64,000 bases of DNA from positions 5,272,001 through 5,336,000 of the forward strand of contig CM119373.1 in assembly GCA_051294905.1 (NCBI GenBank), in the 5' to 3' direction. The position numbers and the translations under genes were made by a program. Positions 25,439-38,950 of this stretch are shown piece by piece. The notes below the pieces were generated by a model. It was not told the DNA's origin and searched no databases. It worked only from the letters and a program-made list of their open reading frames with translations. This DNA is from Botryllus schlosseri. Taxonomy: Eukaryota. Positions within the stretch are counted from its first letter, which is position 1. The number at the start of each line of letters is the position of its first letter.

Positions 25439-28400
25439 GCTGATCTATCACTCAATACACAACCGAAGTTGAATTGTAATTGAATGCGTAAATTTATCAC
25501 CTCGACATCAAAATTCGAAAACAACAACTTGATGCTTTATGTTCTCACTCTAATTTCATGATAAGTGTAATAAGTGCCGAATAACAGATACACCACCGGC
25601 GAGACTTGAATACCAACAAATTGTCACTTATTTCTAATCTAGCCGTAATCCTTTGTGAAGTTAACGCTTATTCAAAAAGGTGTGAAATATTTGCAAAACC
25701 CCGCGATCACTGACAAGATAATGTCTCGGACATAACCATCTTTCACGACTTGGTGTCATAACCATACCGATCGCTCACGCGGTGAAATTTTAGTAATCAG
25801 TTTGTCACAGAACTTGATTTTGCTAGTAAGATTTAACAAGTAACGAATAACAGACCGCCAGTGTCGGTAACTTGAATAGCGACAAATTGTCACTTATTTC
25901 CGCTCTAACCCTAATCCTCTGTGAAGTGAACGCTTATTCAAAAGGGTGTGATATAATTTTCAAATCACCGGATAATGCTTCAGACATAGCAATCTCTCAT
26001 GCCCGCTCACAAGGTAATATTTCGGTAATTAGTTTGTCCCAGAACCGTCGCAGACGGTGATTCGAAAACCAACAATTTGTCACTTGCCTGCGATCGCTAT
26101 ATGTTTCACGCCTCGCGAATAGTGGCTGACTTTAGTTGCGTGATAAGATCCATGAAAATATTCAATCAATGTGTTAGTTTGTCAACTTGAAATGTAACTC
26201 ACTACACAAATCAAGTCGAATCGTATTTGAATGTATTGATTCGACCCAACTCAAATCCTTTGACAAATCCTATTAACGCGATCTGTTGAATCGAACGTAA
26301 CCTGAATATTACTGACGCCAACATTCACCCGCATCGGATCATTCACACATTCCACGCCGCTGTTTTAACACTTATAGAATCAATACCAACTATCTCTAAC
26401 CCGATAATATTCAATCATTTTGGTAATTTGCCAACTTTAAATCCATTCGCGGGATGTACTAAAGGTGAATCCAAATAATCCAGAATGAAATATTTGGACT
26501 TTGCGCGAATTGAAATAGGTTTGACAATCATGACTACCAACTTTCACCCAGTCACATTTCAAGATTATACTTTGAAACAATCCTTGAAACTGACAACTCT
26601 ATTCACGACTCCGTTTCCGTTTGTAAAATAGAGTTTCAGAAATACTATCGCGATATTTTAATGTGGTACTACACACAATAGAATCAATCAATGAAATAGC
26701 ACCTGTTGTAAATATTTCTAACTTGACAACCACTTGTGCATACCGCGATCGACTTGTGACGCGATGAGTTAAATCGGAATATTTCAATCTATTTGTCGAA
26801 ACCTTGAGAACAAACTATCAGGTTATTTTTTGTTGTAATCGAGTGAACGGAAATAGTATTACGTCTCGACATCTTACCATCTTACCATATTCAAAGAATC
26901 AACCACAAAAACATTGTCAAGTAAATCCGTTACCCGACCAACTCAAACAGTATCAGTATGAAAAACAGCCAAACATATACGAATCCATACAATCACTAAA
27001 ACCTAAAATCCATAGCAAGCTTGGTTGTATTCATATCCCTACGCATCTTTTTTATTCAACTTGAAAAGTCGTTACCATTCTGTAAGATAGAGGAATTACT
27101 ACGCGGTATATTCTGCAAGACAAACTAATTACTACTCGGTATATTTTGTAAGACAAAAGTAATTACTTCTCAGTGTCGGCGACTCGAGAATAACATAATA
27201 TGTTTGAGTATACGAGATTTGACAGTCTGACCATCGTAGTTGAGAATTCATTTCTTACAATCGAACACAGGTGCTATATCAAAAATTATCATGATGTAAA
27301 CATAAGGATTGACACATTGATTTGACATATGAGATTTTGTAATAGTTGATCATTGCTTTATTAATAAATTATTTGTGTTAATTAGACCCGGCGTTGTGGT
27401 AAATGTTATGACAGCAACAATCGTTTGCGATAAACAGCACTAAAGATGTAATAATTCCAGTATTCATACATTGAACATCTGATTCAAAATGCTTTATTAT
27501 CCTGATTCCCAACGGGTAATTGAAACGACTAAGTGTAGAATCAGTATATCACAATATCGTTAATATTGGATCCAACGATTTATTGTCGGAATTTGTGACA
27601 GAGAATTGAAACATATGCACTTTACAGAGTGTGAAAATATCACTTCGAGTATCGAGTACCGTTCGAAGCTAGCGATCAATTCTTAATCATTTCAGTAAAT
27701 CCCCATCGTGCGTGCTAAATGTAAAATATCGCGAGGTTATACACTCTAAGACTTTGATTATTGCAAAAGTAAATTGTGATATGTTTGTTAGATGCATCCA
27801 ATTCAACTAGAAGTGTCTAGTGCCCAACACTCGTAATATCGAAAAAGTACTTGCTACACTGTTATTTACTAAACGTGTTTTGCATTGTTGTTCATTTCTA
27901 GTATTGATTGAAATCGTTCTTGAACCCTCGAATAATAATTCCCGACATGAAACCAAGCCGCTGAAAGTCGTTACCATCACGAAGAAACAATGTGTACGAT
28001 GTTTGTCAAATGTGTCCTACCTGGCCAACAGAAAACAATTTTCACTCACTCGAAATGAAACCAATGTGATGGTCCCCATTCGATATTTTGTTTGTGTCAA
28101 ATACTTTGCAATGAACACATTTGCGTGGTTGAGATTTACATCATCAAGCTGTTATTTGTACATCAAGATTTCGGTAAACTTGTAAATGTATCGTTTAACT
28201 AACCGACATTTAGTGATTGGGGAACATACCAAACGATACACATCCATCTCCGAAATACTGCATTGATCTTAATTTCCATCATCGTGATAATCGAAGTACA
28301 TTTCTTTCGAATTCGTAACAACCGGTGTTTCTGCGACACGATAAATTTTTGACAAGTTATGCTTAGAAGATTGGTTGCATATCGCGAAAAAAATAATATA

Positions 28401-29235
28401 CCACTCATATTGATACTGTTACTCCATTGATCGATATTTTCAAACGAGTAAAAATTTATTACTTGAGTTTCTCCGCTTAATGTAAATGAAAACTCAGCCG
28501 TCTTTTAACATCACAAAGACATTGATAAAAAGTAGGCAATCAAACACAACACTTTGTACGACACTAATTATTGTTCCACACATCTCATTTCATACTAAGT
28601 GTATACGAAAGATATTCATGACACATGAAAATATTCCCATGCTACAAACCTGTACAATGATTGGTGGTGCTTTCAAACTGTTTCGATATCACAAGAACTT
28701 TATTGTCTGAATGTGTGTTCATGTATCTTAATAATCAAATAGTTCAACACAGAACTAGTACGAACAGAAACATCAGAGTTGTTTACACAAAAGTTTGTAT
28801 GTGTACAGTATGCGAATACCATGTGCAAGTCCAGCACAATTGTGGTATCCACCCGAGTTTAGTTAACACAAATTTATTACAACGAGCCACGTAAACTCTC
28901 GTGAAAGAAAAGCATACTCACATCCAGAGGGTTATGTCAACGCCATAGCAGTAAATCAGCTACTCCAACAACAAAGTACATATGTTTTCTAGTCACGGTC
29001 CTTACATCTTTCACATAGATCAATCTACTTTGCTAACGAAAAGTGCTGAGTCATCACATGATTGCCCTCGCAACAAAACAGCTAGAAGATATTATCATAC
29101 AAAAATATTCCTAACCCTTTGCGCACCAGTGACAAATCATACAACAAACATTTTTTGTGAGTCAAATTGTTGTTCAGTGTCAAGTCCACCTGTTGAAACG
29201 TACATTAAAACAACACAGTCACAATTCAATTAAAA

Positions 29236-30265
29236 CAGGGCCGGCCAACCCGTGGCCCGCGGGCCACATGTGGCCTGCGAGAAGGTTTTGAGTGGCCCGC
29301 GAGGTAATTTCCCAAATTTCCAATATCATCAAAAATGGATTGCATAGATTTTGAACTTGCAAGACCAAACAAAAATTTGATTAGTCTTGCCGCAATACTT
29401 GAGATGTGACGACTAAAATATCAGTTCCGACGCATTAACAGATCCATCAGCCATTCACATATTGGTATATCTTCGTACACTACAATAAAGCAGAATAATT
29501 TGCGATATATTTGTCAAAGGTAAAAATTTTCTACAAGCTTAGCGGAATATGTTGTCACTCGATTTCTTGTTTTTAATATTGTTGCCCTTTCGTGAAAATG
29601 GAAGAATACCTAATGGAGTGGTTCCCAACGTGGGCGATATCACCCCCCACCCCCAGGGGGCGATTTGGCGGTCTAGGGGGCGAAAATGGGAGAACCAAGT
29701 CGGAGAAATGACCTTTTTTCTTAGTAAACCCACGAAAATTCAATTGCAAAGTGGAAAATTCGACATCGAGCCAAAAAGTTGAATTTTTTTTAGTCAACCC
29801 GCCGGTGATTACAGTTTGTATACCGATTTTTCGGTTCACAAAATTTGGGGGGCGATGATCGGCGTTGAGCTTGAAAAGGGGGCGATGAGACGAAAAAGGT
29901 AGGGAACCACTGACCCAATGTATCAGATTGAGTCTAACTATATTCGGGATTACGAGACAAAGTGTTGTTCAACATATGCGACCTTGCGTTTGCGCTCGCA
30001 GTATAAGACCGTCGACTATGAAACCTAGGCACGAAATGATTGACGCATGTAGGTCGCAGCTTTCGATATCGACGATATGTCCATGCGCCGAGCCCAGTCC
30101 TCGCAAATTTAGCCCAGCGATATACAGCAGGCCCGCAATATGGTCAAGTGACAATATTATCGACCTATGAACTTCAAAAATTTTCGCGCTTCGCGCGGAT
30201 AGTGGCCCACGCAAAAGTTCGTCATTCGAATGTGGCCCTTTGGCCAAAAAGGTTGGCCTGCCCTG
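29236..30265 (+). mobile_element. hAT MITE (19437 family) with nested MITE 29616-29912
   Basis: Perfect outer TSD AATTAAAA; the inner element has TSD acctaatg/acccaatg and is absent from the 19437 copy. Confidence 0.9.
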
Positions 30266-30829
30266 AATTAAAACCACAAATCTATTTTCATTTCGTCACA
30301 AACTGTCACATACAGAAAAATAAATTTTCTTTTCCCCACACATACTTGTATCCAATCGCTTTCATTAAACACACAACTCCATAAAAGTATTTACTTTCTA
30401 CAACATAGACATTCCGATGTAGTCAAGAAATATTTTTATTAATCAAAATCATCGATTTCTGTTCACGGCGTTAGTGTGTGCATGTCATACCTGTGGGCCC
30501 CGTATTAAAATAGACACGACACGACTGAATGTAAGGGGATAGAAGTCTATCGCATCGATTTACATGTGGTCTTCGCTACGGTTTCAAAAAACGAATCATC
30601 TATTTTGCATTGGTCGAGACCGAGCGAACCAGTTACATGTATTCGCGGGTCATATGCGAATGATAGGGTTGCTACTCCGACAAATCAACATACAACAATC
30701 TTCTGACGATCATAATAGCAATTGCATTTTCCACCCCTTCGTAATTGTATACCCACGAAAAGTATATTGTACAACTCAGCAACTACGTTTAACAAGACCA
30801 ATCACACTACCAGCGTTGAACACAAGATA

Positions 30830-31280
30830 CCTACCCAAGTCAAAATATCATACTGGTTTGGACAACTGACGTTTACCTGTGTACAATTACCATTTGCCCT
30901 TGGAGGTCAACCGTTACCCGAGTAACAAAACCATTTTCACTTGGAAATATATGTTTTCCCTCAACAACAAACGTTTTTCACTTGGAAATATATTTTTTCC
31001 TGGGTTACAAACCTTTTTCACTTGGAAATATATTTTTCCCTGGGTAACAATCGTTTTTCACTTGGAAATCTATTTTTTCTCCTGGGTAACAAACCTTTTT
31101 CACTTGGAAATATATTTTTACCCTCAGCAACAAACCATTTTTACTTGGTGGTCCGTCGTTTACCTGAGTAAAAATATCATTTTCCTTTGGAGATCCGACG
31201 TTTACCCAGTGTAACAATACATTTTCACTTGGTCATCTATCTTTTCCTAGAGTAACAAAACCACTTTCATTTAGAAATCT
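30830..31280. repeat. Minisatellite, 40-42-bp unit, about 10 copies
   Basis: ttttcacttggaaata recurs every 40-42 bp (30934, 30975, 31015, 31055, 31097...). Confidence 0.85.
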
Positions 31281-32401
31281 GACAAACACACCTGCTAATT
31301 TGGTATTTGTTGTATTGACGACAGTTTGAAATAGATTACAACGAACAGTGACGGAAATATACACGGACTACCAGTTTCAGAGTATTCCCGCATCAGTGGT
31401 ATCACATCAATATCATCGGTTAACCACATGAAATAACAATATGCCGTTGTACACCGAAATGCATGTTTTGGAAAATTGGTCAATAGGCTTCGATAGGTCT
31501 GTGATGTCCGGGTTCGTACTTTAGTTTTTACACAGAGTCCATACGTCTTAATAAAACACCACCTCGGTGATGGCTGGTACATGGATAACGGCGGTCGGAA
31601 ATCGACGAATTTAGGTTCTCGTCGTGCTAACAGTTCCGGGCTACTTGTGATTTTTCTCAAACATGTTTACTATATTGTGTCACTCTTTATTGGTCAATAC
31701 ATATCCCACCGTTCAGTCTGAAATCGGAAACCCGAGAAAGTATTAACCGGATCCGGATATCAACTCTGAATCAAAAAAACCAATGAAACATGTCACACCC
31801 TGTGTTTCCAGGAAAATAACAAGACATTACACATCAAGTATACTTCACGATTGTTCATAGATACCAAGTATTCGAGTAAACGAGGTGTGTGACATTACAT
31901 ACATCATGGATAACATCATGGCCGGCATTACAAGCATCATGGATGAGAAATTCATGTTCTCAAGTCTCGTCATGAACCGACTCTGTACATTCAATGTGGG
32001 GTAGATGACTCGGAGACAGACAAACACCCATGTTTGCCCAGTCTGCATTTCATCTGCCTATAAGTCCACTCTGATAAAATTCAACCAGATAATTAGTTAT
32101 GCAATATCGGTGGATTCGTCCGAGGCTGGGTTAAAGTAGTCTACGCGGCAACGTGTTTCAGAACATGTGATAAAAGATCGACTGACATTGATGTTTCTCG
32201 TTTGGTCACGGTTGAATCAGACGACTGTATCTTCGCAATTTATCGAGTGATGTTGTCCTTGCTACTGTTGTGTCTTTATTCACAAACAAAAATATGCCAC
32301 CAAACAGACAACTACGAGCACTTATAAGCAACGTAAAAGCACCAATTAGTAGACATGAGAAATGATCATTAGACGTGATTGGACTGACGTAATGCACCAC
32401 A

Positions 32402-32411
32402 TCTCCTCCCC
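32402..32411 (-). promoter_or_regulatory. Polypurine tract
   Basis: GGGGAGGAGA on the minus strand, abutting the 3' LTR. Confidence 0.85.
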
Positions 32412-32419
32412 AACTAATA

Positions 32420-35400
32420 CTATAGTTCCTCAATCAAACGTCTAGGTCGTCGTCGTATTCTTTGTGACGGTGGACGCAAAGGCGGCACTGCATTTTCAGT
32501 GTTTTGGCGCACAGGCGGCACTGTATGTTCAGTGTTTTGGCGCTCAGGTGCCAATAGTTCAAGTTCATTGTCAACGTCCGCTACATTATCATTGCTTGGA
32601 ATGATTACCGGTGTAGGGATATTTTCTGTTTCCACTGGTGTTGGACTGGATGGAACACGAAGACGAGGACTTGTCAGACGACGATCTGGTGTTGGTGTCA
32701 TGCTTGTTAATACGACTGGATCGACGATCTCTTCATCTTCCTGGTCGCAAAACCGTGACGCCGACAGATCTCGGATTTGGTCGATATGTCGCTTCCAGAG
32801 TAGGTCACTAACTTGAACGCGATACGTTGCAGGACCCAGCTTTTCGACAATACCTCCTCTTGTCCAGACTGGGGACGCTGTCGATAGTCCTTGACCATAA
32901 CCGGATCGCCCACTTCCTGCTGACGAGACTTAAGAAGTTCGGTCGGTTTGCAAGCTGGATGATCCTTCTGCAACGTGGACTCCAACTGTGGGTGCACTAA
33001 ATGCAATCGTGGCCGCAGCTCCCGTCCGAACATAGCTCTAGCAGGAGATATCTTTGTTGTTGAATGCGGAGTCGTTCGGTAGTGCAGCAACATTGACTGT
33101 AGTCTGTTCTTGATATCTGTTCCTCTGTCCGCTTCCTTCTTTAAAAATTCCTTTAAAACACGAACAAATCGTTCCGCAGAACCGTTGGTTTTGGGACTGA
33201 AGGGGGCAGTTCTAATGTGCTTAACACCATTCCGAGTCAAAAACATTTCGAATTGTTTAGACGTGAAAGGTGGCCCGTTATCACTTACTAGCTCATCCGG
33301 CAGGCCATGCGTCGAGAAAATCTTACCAAGTACGGATATCGTATTTTCAGCAGTAATTGAACTCATCTGATGCACTTCCGGCCATTTCGTCCGAGCATCC
33401 ACTAGTACCAGGAAGTATTTCCCCATACGAGGTCCGGCAAAATCCACGTGTACTCGCTGCCATGCACGAGTTGGCCAGACCCAAGGATTCAAAACTTCCG
33501 GCCTTCTGCTTTCTCATTGTCTGCAGATAGCACAATCTCTAACCTTCTGTTCGATGTTACCGTCGAGATTGGGCCGCCACACATGCATTCTGGCTTTTAT
33601 CTTCATCCTTACGATCTCAGGATGGTGTTCATGCAATAAATCAAGGATCTGCCGTTGATATCGCGCCGGGATAACTACTCGGATACCCCAAAGTAAGCAG
33701 TCCTGCTCGTCTGTCAGTTCGTTCCTGCGCAAATACAACGGTTGATATTCTGGAGATAAGCCGCCAGCGGGCCATCCGTTAATCACATAATAATGTACAC
33801 GAGATAAAAGCGGGTCTCGGCGCGTCGCAAGGCCAATCCTTTTCGCCGTTATGGGTAGATTGTCTACTTGTATTGCATTTATCTCGTTGGCTTTCTGCGT
33901 TGATGGATCCACCTCGGCTGATGCAATCGAGGGACTTCTCGAAAGCCAATCTGCAGTAACATTCTGCTTACCCGGTTTGTAACGAATTTCGTAATTATAA
34001 CACGCGAGTTTGATTGCCCAACGTTGCAACCTGGATACGGCTAGCACGGGTATACCAGTCTTTGGACCTAGAATCATCGTCAAGGGTTTGTGGTCCGTAA
34101 ATAGGGTAAACTTCCTCGCGAACAAGTAGTGTTGGAATCTCTGTAACCCGAATATTATGGCCAGAGCTTCGGTGAGAATAGTTTTTCTCGGCCGGTGACA
34201 ATGTACGAGAGGCGTACGCAATTGGGCGATCACGCTCTCCATCGGGTTGCATGATTACTGCTCCTAAACCATCAGGGGACGCGTCTACTGACAGGGTAAT
34301 CGGCTTATCAGGGTCATAGTGAGCCAACACCAAATCGGAGGTAAGCCAATTTTTCAAAGCTCCGAAGGCCTTTTCACAAGCATCATCCCACTTCCACTTC
34401 ACGTCATTTCTTAGCAAGTTCGTTAACGGTTGCAACAGACTGGATAGGTTCGGTAAAAATTTTCTATGGACATTTACCATCCCGAGAAAAGACCGCAGTA
34501 CACTCACGTTGTCTGGGCGGCAAGCAGAAGTCACTGATCGCAAATTTGAGTTGCTCGGTCGAATGCCATTCTTGTCAATCACATAGCCTAAATATTCCAG
34601 GGACTCTTCCAGGAAACAACATTTGGACTTTTTAGCTTTCAAACCATATTTATCCAAACGATTACATACTGTCGATAGCAGCTCCAGATTTTCCTTCTCC
34701 GAAGACCCGGTGATTAAGATGTCGTCCAGCAAACACGGTACATTCAGTCCTGATCCATCAATTGCTGAAAAATCGCCGGCGCTGATGCCACTCCAAACGG
34801 AAGTCGAGTGTATCTGAACAATCCCAGATGGGTGTTAATCACCACGTACTTACGCGAGTCGTCATCAAGCTCCACTTGCGTGTACGCTTGTGATAAATCG
34901 ATCTTGCTAAAATACGAACTTCTCCTTCCGTTAAGAAGCGCCAGCAAGTCGTCGGGGGTCCGTAATGCATATTCCGGTATATCCAACTGCGGATTAATCG
35001 TAACTTTGAAGTCGCCACAAATACGAACTTCGCCTGACGCCTTAAGAACAGGCACAATTGGACCAGTCGGAGTGCTCAACCTTTTCCAACACTCCAGTAT
35101 CCACTAACCTACGGATTTCTGTTTCCACTTTATCAAGTAAAGCGTATGGCACCTTACGCGCTTTGTAAAATTTCGGAACGGTGTTGGGCTTCATGTTGAG
35201 CCGTGCTTTAATGCCGACAACTTTCCCTAGTTGCGTTTCAAAAATACTAGTATCCCTCAATAGCCTGCTTAGGCAATCTCTCGAATTCCCACTCTGACCG
35301 CTATCCGAGACCAATCCGATTAATTTTGGCAAATTCATTTGTATTTTACGCATCCAGTTCCTACCGAACAACGGCGGAGCTTCCATATCCAAAACAATCG

Positions 35401-36496
35401 AAGGCAATTTACAATCATGTCCCTGATAGCTCACCATCACCACGGTTTTACCCAATACCGGCAGAACTTCGCCACTGTATGCCTTCAATTTAATGTTGCA
35501 TGGCTCCAGCGTCGCAAGAGGAAATTTCTCCCACAGTAAATACTTCGAAATTACGGATACTGCAGCACCTGTATCGAATATCATAGAAATGATAATACCG
35601 TTGATGCCAATATCTACGCGAATCTCATCTTTCCCTTCTACGAAATTGATATTCATCAAGATACTCACACTGTCGTCTGCCGAGGACTCGGAACCGCAGT
35701 CGTCACCGTTACCAGCATCATCAGTTGATTGCTTTTCCGTCGATCCGCTCAAACAGTTAATCTTGCATGCGGTCTTACTCTTTCGCCTTGTACCTTTTCC
35801 GGGGCACATCTTCCTTATGTGTCCGACCCGTCTGCACGCATGACACAGCGCTGTGACCCGTCTGCACGCATGACACAGCGCTGTGCGAAAGATACAGTGG
35901 TCTTCTCCGTGGTTAGATTTCCCGCAGCGCTTGCATTCCTGGTATTCTCGAGCCCCCCGCTGTTCCCTTCGTACCATCGCGGTGCTGTAACTACCAGTAT
36001 CGAAAAGTTGTCTCCCCGCTGCTTCCATTGCGACAGCTTTTTTAACGGCGTCTTCTAAGCTCAAATCATTCTCCAATAGTAAGCGCTCTTGGATAGGTCT
36101 CGAGCGCAGACCGCAGATGAGCCGATCTCGAATTGCTTGGGTTAAGAATGCCCCGAATTCGCAATGTTCCGACAATTTCTTCAGTGCCGCGACGAAGGCA
36201 TTGACAGGTTCACCCTCGTCTTGGACCCGTAGATTAAATTTATACCGCTCTGCCACTAACAACGGCTTCGGCGTAAGATGATCCCCGAGCAATTTAACTA
36301 TTTGTCGGTAACTCTTATCTTTCGGTTTTTCGGGTGTCGAGGGATTTCGAACGAGGCTGTATGCTTTCGACCCACAGACTGTTAGCAAGACAGCTTTCAT
36401 TTTTCCTTCGTCGGTAATACCATTCGCTTCAAAGTAGAGCTCCAAGCGTTCGACATACTCGTCCCACCCGTCTTCACCCAAGTTGAACTCGGACAC
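32420..36496 (-). pseudogene. gag-pol: gag-pol polyprotein broken by at least 4 frameshifts and 1 stop
   Basis: Two CCHC knuckles, protease FDTGA, RT (VRICGDFK, RLPFGVASAP, LDDILI), RNase H (VDAS, TDHKPL), integrase (HxxH/CxxC, HVDFAGP, SDNGPPF, NGSAERF) across ORFs 35042-36496, 34744-35079, 33995-34732, 33514-34242, 32707-33492. Confidence 0.95.
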
Positions 36497-36535
36497 TTTC
36501 CCGTATCCTCCGCTTCCGACCGCAGGAGTTTCGTT

Positions 36536-36553
36536 ATCCCATCCTCGTCGCCA
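36536..36553 (-). promoter_or_regulatory. Primer-binding site, tRNA-Ser(GCT)
   Basis: TGGCGACGAGGATGGGAT, 1 nt after the 5' LTR, complementary to the metazoan tRNA-Ser(GCT) 3' end ATCCCATCCTCGTCGCCA (recalled sequence). Confidence 0.85.
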
Positions 36554-36968
36554 ATGTTGTGTCTTTATTCACAAACAAAAATAAGCCACCAAACAGACAA
36601 CTCCGAGCACTTATAAGCAACGTAAAAGCACCAATTAGTAGACATGAGAAATGATCATTAGACGTGATTGGACTGACGTAATACACCACAGCTACTAAGT
36701 TGCGGAAACAGCAAATATTCGCACAGAATGTTGAGGTTTTATTAAAAAAAACCTTCTATAGCAGATTTCTTGGGTTTAGCGATATTCCAATCAATTTTGA
36801 ACGTCGTCGGCAATCTCAACAACCGATCGCAGTGAGTCTAACACTCTTCAAAAGTGTAGGCCTTCTACGTAGAGCAATTCACTTGAACTAGATTCCAGTC
36901 GAATACCGATTCAAAACAATAACAATCTGAAGTCGAGCATATATCAAGAAACGAGAACACATTAAAGC

Positions 36969-37287
36969 AGTGGTTCTGAAACTATTTTAGACATGCCGCC
37001 GTTTTTGATAGGGAACATTTAGTTCCCCGTTATCGTCATATAACAAAATGCAACCAGAAAGCTAGCGATACAAACGGCTAGTCCGATGGCATGGAAGGTT
37101 ATAGCTGTTGATGAGAGAATTCTTAAATATGAACTTCTGACTAACTATACACCGATAAATAAATAGTAATAGGAGATAAATTGCGCACAGCGCAAATTTT
37201 TTTTCAGTTGGTGGCAGCTTCGCGCCCTTCCCCTCAAGATGTTTTCAGGCCCCCAAGGGGGCACGTCCTCCAGTTTGAGAACCACTG
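36969..37287. mobile_element. hAT-Charlie-type MITE
   Basis: cagtggttctgaaact / agtttgagaaccactg TIRs; TSD not clear. Confidence 0.6.
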
Positions 37288-37664
37288 TTTTCAAGAAAGT
37301 GTAATCAAACGAAAGAGAGACGGTGCGATGAAAGAGCTAAGTTTTTAAATTAATTTGTAAAAATAGCGTGTCAGTATAGTAATTGCGTATATAAGGAAAG
37401 ATGTCGCGGGCCGCAAAATAAACGTCTGCGGGCTGCATGCGGCCCGCGGGTTGAGAACCCCTGAACTACAGTTTGTGGAAAAATTATGCGAAAATATAAT
37501 AACGTAGAATTATCATTAATAATAATGATATTGCAAATGGCACATGCAACTGTCATCGCTTTATGGGTCAGGTGTGCCAGGACTAGGATTGAGGTGGCGA
37601 AGTAATTCGTAACACCTGGGTAACATAGCAAGGGAAAACACCATCGTTGCAATATAATATTGAT

Positions 37665-37865
37665 TGTCGTGTTTTGCCGGATTCGCTATAGCGTATCACG
37701 TGGGCGCTGTCATGTCCCATGATCGATCATGGTGCTGCCAGCGCAGTAATCATTCATTTATGCATCTGCCCATACCTAGTGGGGATCGTTAGTTTATTGT
37801 GTCAGCGCTAGTTGGGATATTGTTAATAAAAACCTACCATAAGCTCATTGGTCTGGTTCATCACA
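37665..37865 (+). mobile_element. Solo LTR (201 bp)
   Basis: TGTCGTG...CATCACA ends, perfect 5-bp TSD TTGAT, AATAAA at 37825. Confidence 0.7.
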
Positions 37866-38689
37866 TTGATCATCATTTACAAATCTGCCGCAAGAAGTGC
37901 GAAAAATGCTAGTTACGATACGATATATATCACGGGGTGGTGAGTAACGAAGTACGGCTACTGTTTCACAGTAATCAAGTAGTTTTCTTCTGCTTGAAGT
38001 ACATACTCAAGTAAATCCATTTCCGCTACTTCTACGTCCTCATATTTGTGATTTACTCATTTACTTTTCGCTATTTACAGTTCGTCAAATAGAAGTATTA
38101 TGAACTTGAAATCAGAGAGAGGGACAGAGACCAAGCCGGAGAAATGACCGATTTGTGTTTGTGGAGTCTAGAATTTCCATCATGCTTCTATCCATATATA
38201 TATATATATATATATTTACCTATTAGACTACTTTGGTGGACAGTCCTGTTTTGAAGCAGTTGGGCGACAATTATCGCCAACAGAAGGAGACAAGCTAGGC
38301 GTATGAAAATAACTCGATTGGTTTTGGAATATCGATTCCGCGCTTTGTCACTGGTGATTTGCGGTTTATATCGCAGCGTTTAGAATATACACGAAATGTC
38401 CTCCAACTGCGGTCGCCCTAATTTTTCCCAACTTTTGCAATATCTAATAGACCACTTTAGTGGACATTTGTTACTTAGGGAGACAATTCGCCATTTTGAA
38501 TTACCAGACCATGACCATTGCTGTTACTGAACTAAGGTGGACATTGACGTCGTATTATATGACAAGGTTCGGGAACCAGTTTCGTCAAAAGAGTCATTTA
38601 CCAATGACAATCACTTTTGACGTCACTATTTGAAATCCACGACGTCATCCTTGTACGATATCGATGATCGCGATACATAATTCGCCGTT

Positions 38690-38950
38690 TGTTTGTTTTT
38701 TATTCATGGTGTTTTGACTAATTTGGTAGTTTTAGAGTATGCCTATATTCATTTTTTGATTCCGTATTCACCGACTTTTAGCACAGCCCACTCCTAGGAT
38801 TTTATAAATCACCGCTTACGCGGATCACATGACAACGAGGAGCCTAGATAAACCTCCAACACTTGGGTAGGAATTCTCGTGTCGTCCTCAGCCGGACTCG
38901 AACCAACAACCCATTGGTGTTGCAGCTGTGGATTATACCAATGACCACGC
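38690..38950 (-). mobile_element. SINE family A copy
   Basis: Similar to the other copies, including ggactcgaacc. Confidence 0.7.

Larger units (their letters stand above)
32266..36690 (-). mobile_element. Full-length Ty3/Gypsy (Mag-like) LTR retrotransposon, disrupted
   Basis: 136-bp TG...CA LTRs (32266-32401, 36555-36690) with 3 mismatches; 5-bp TSD GCTAC; PBS; PPT; gag-PR-RT-RH-IN order. Confidence 0.97.

Noticed and set aside
31845..32048. Met-rich 67-aa ORF or possible exon
   Set aside because: No recognisable domain in any frame.
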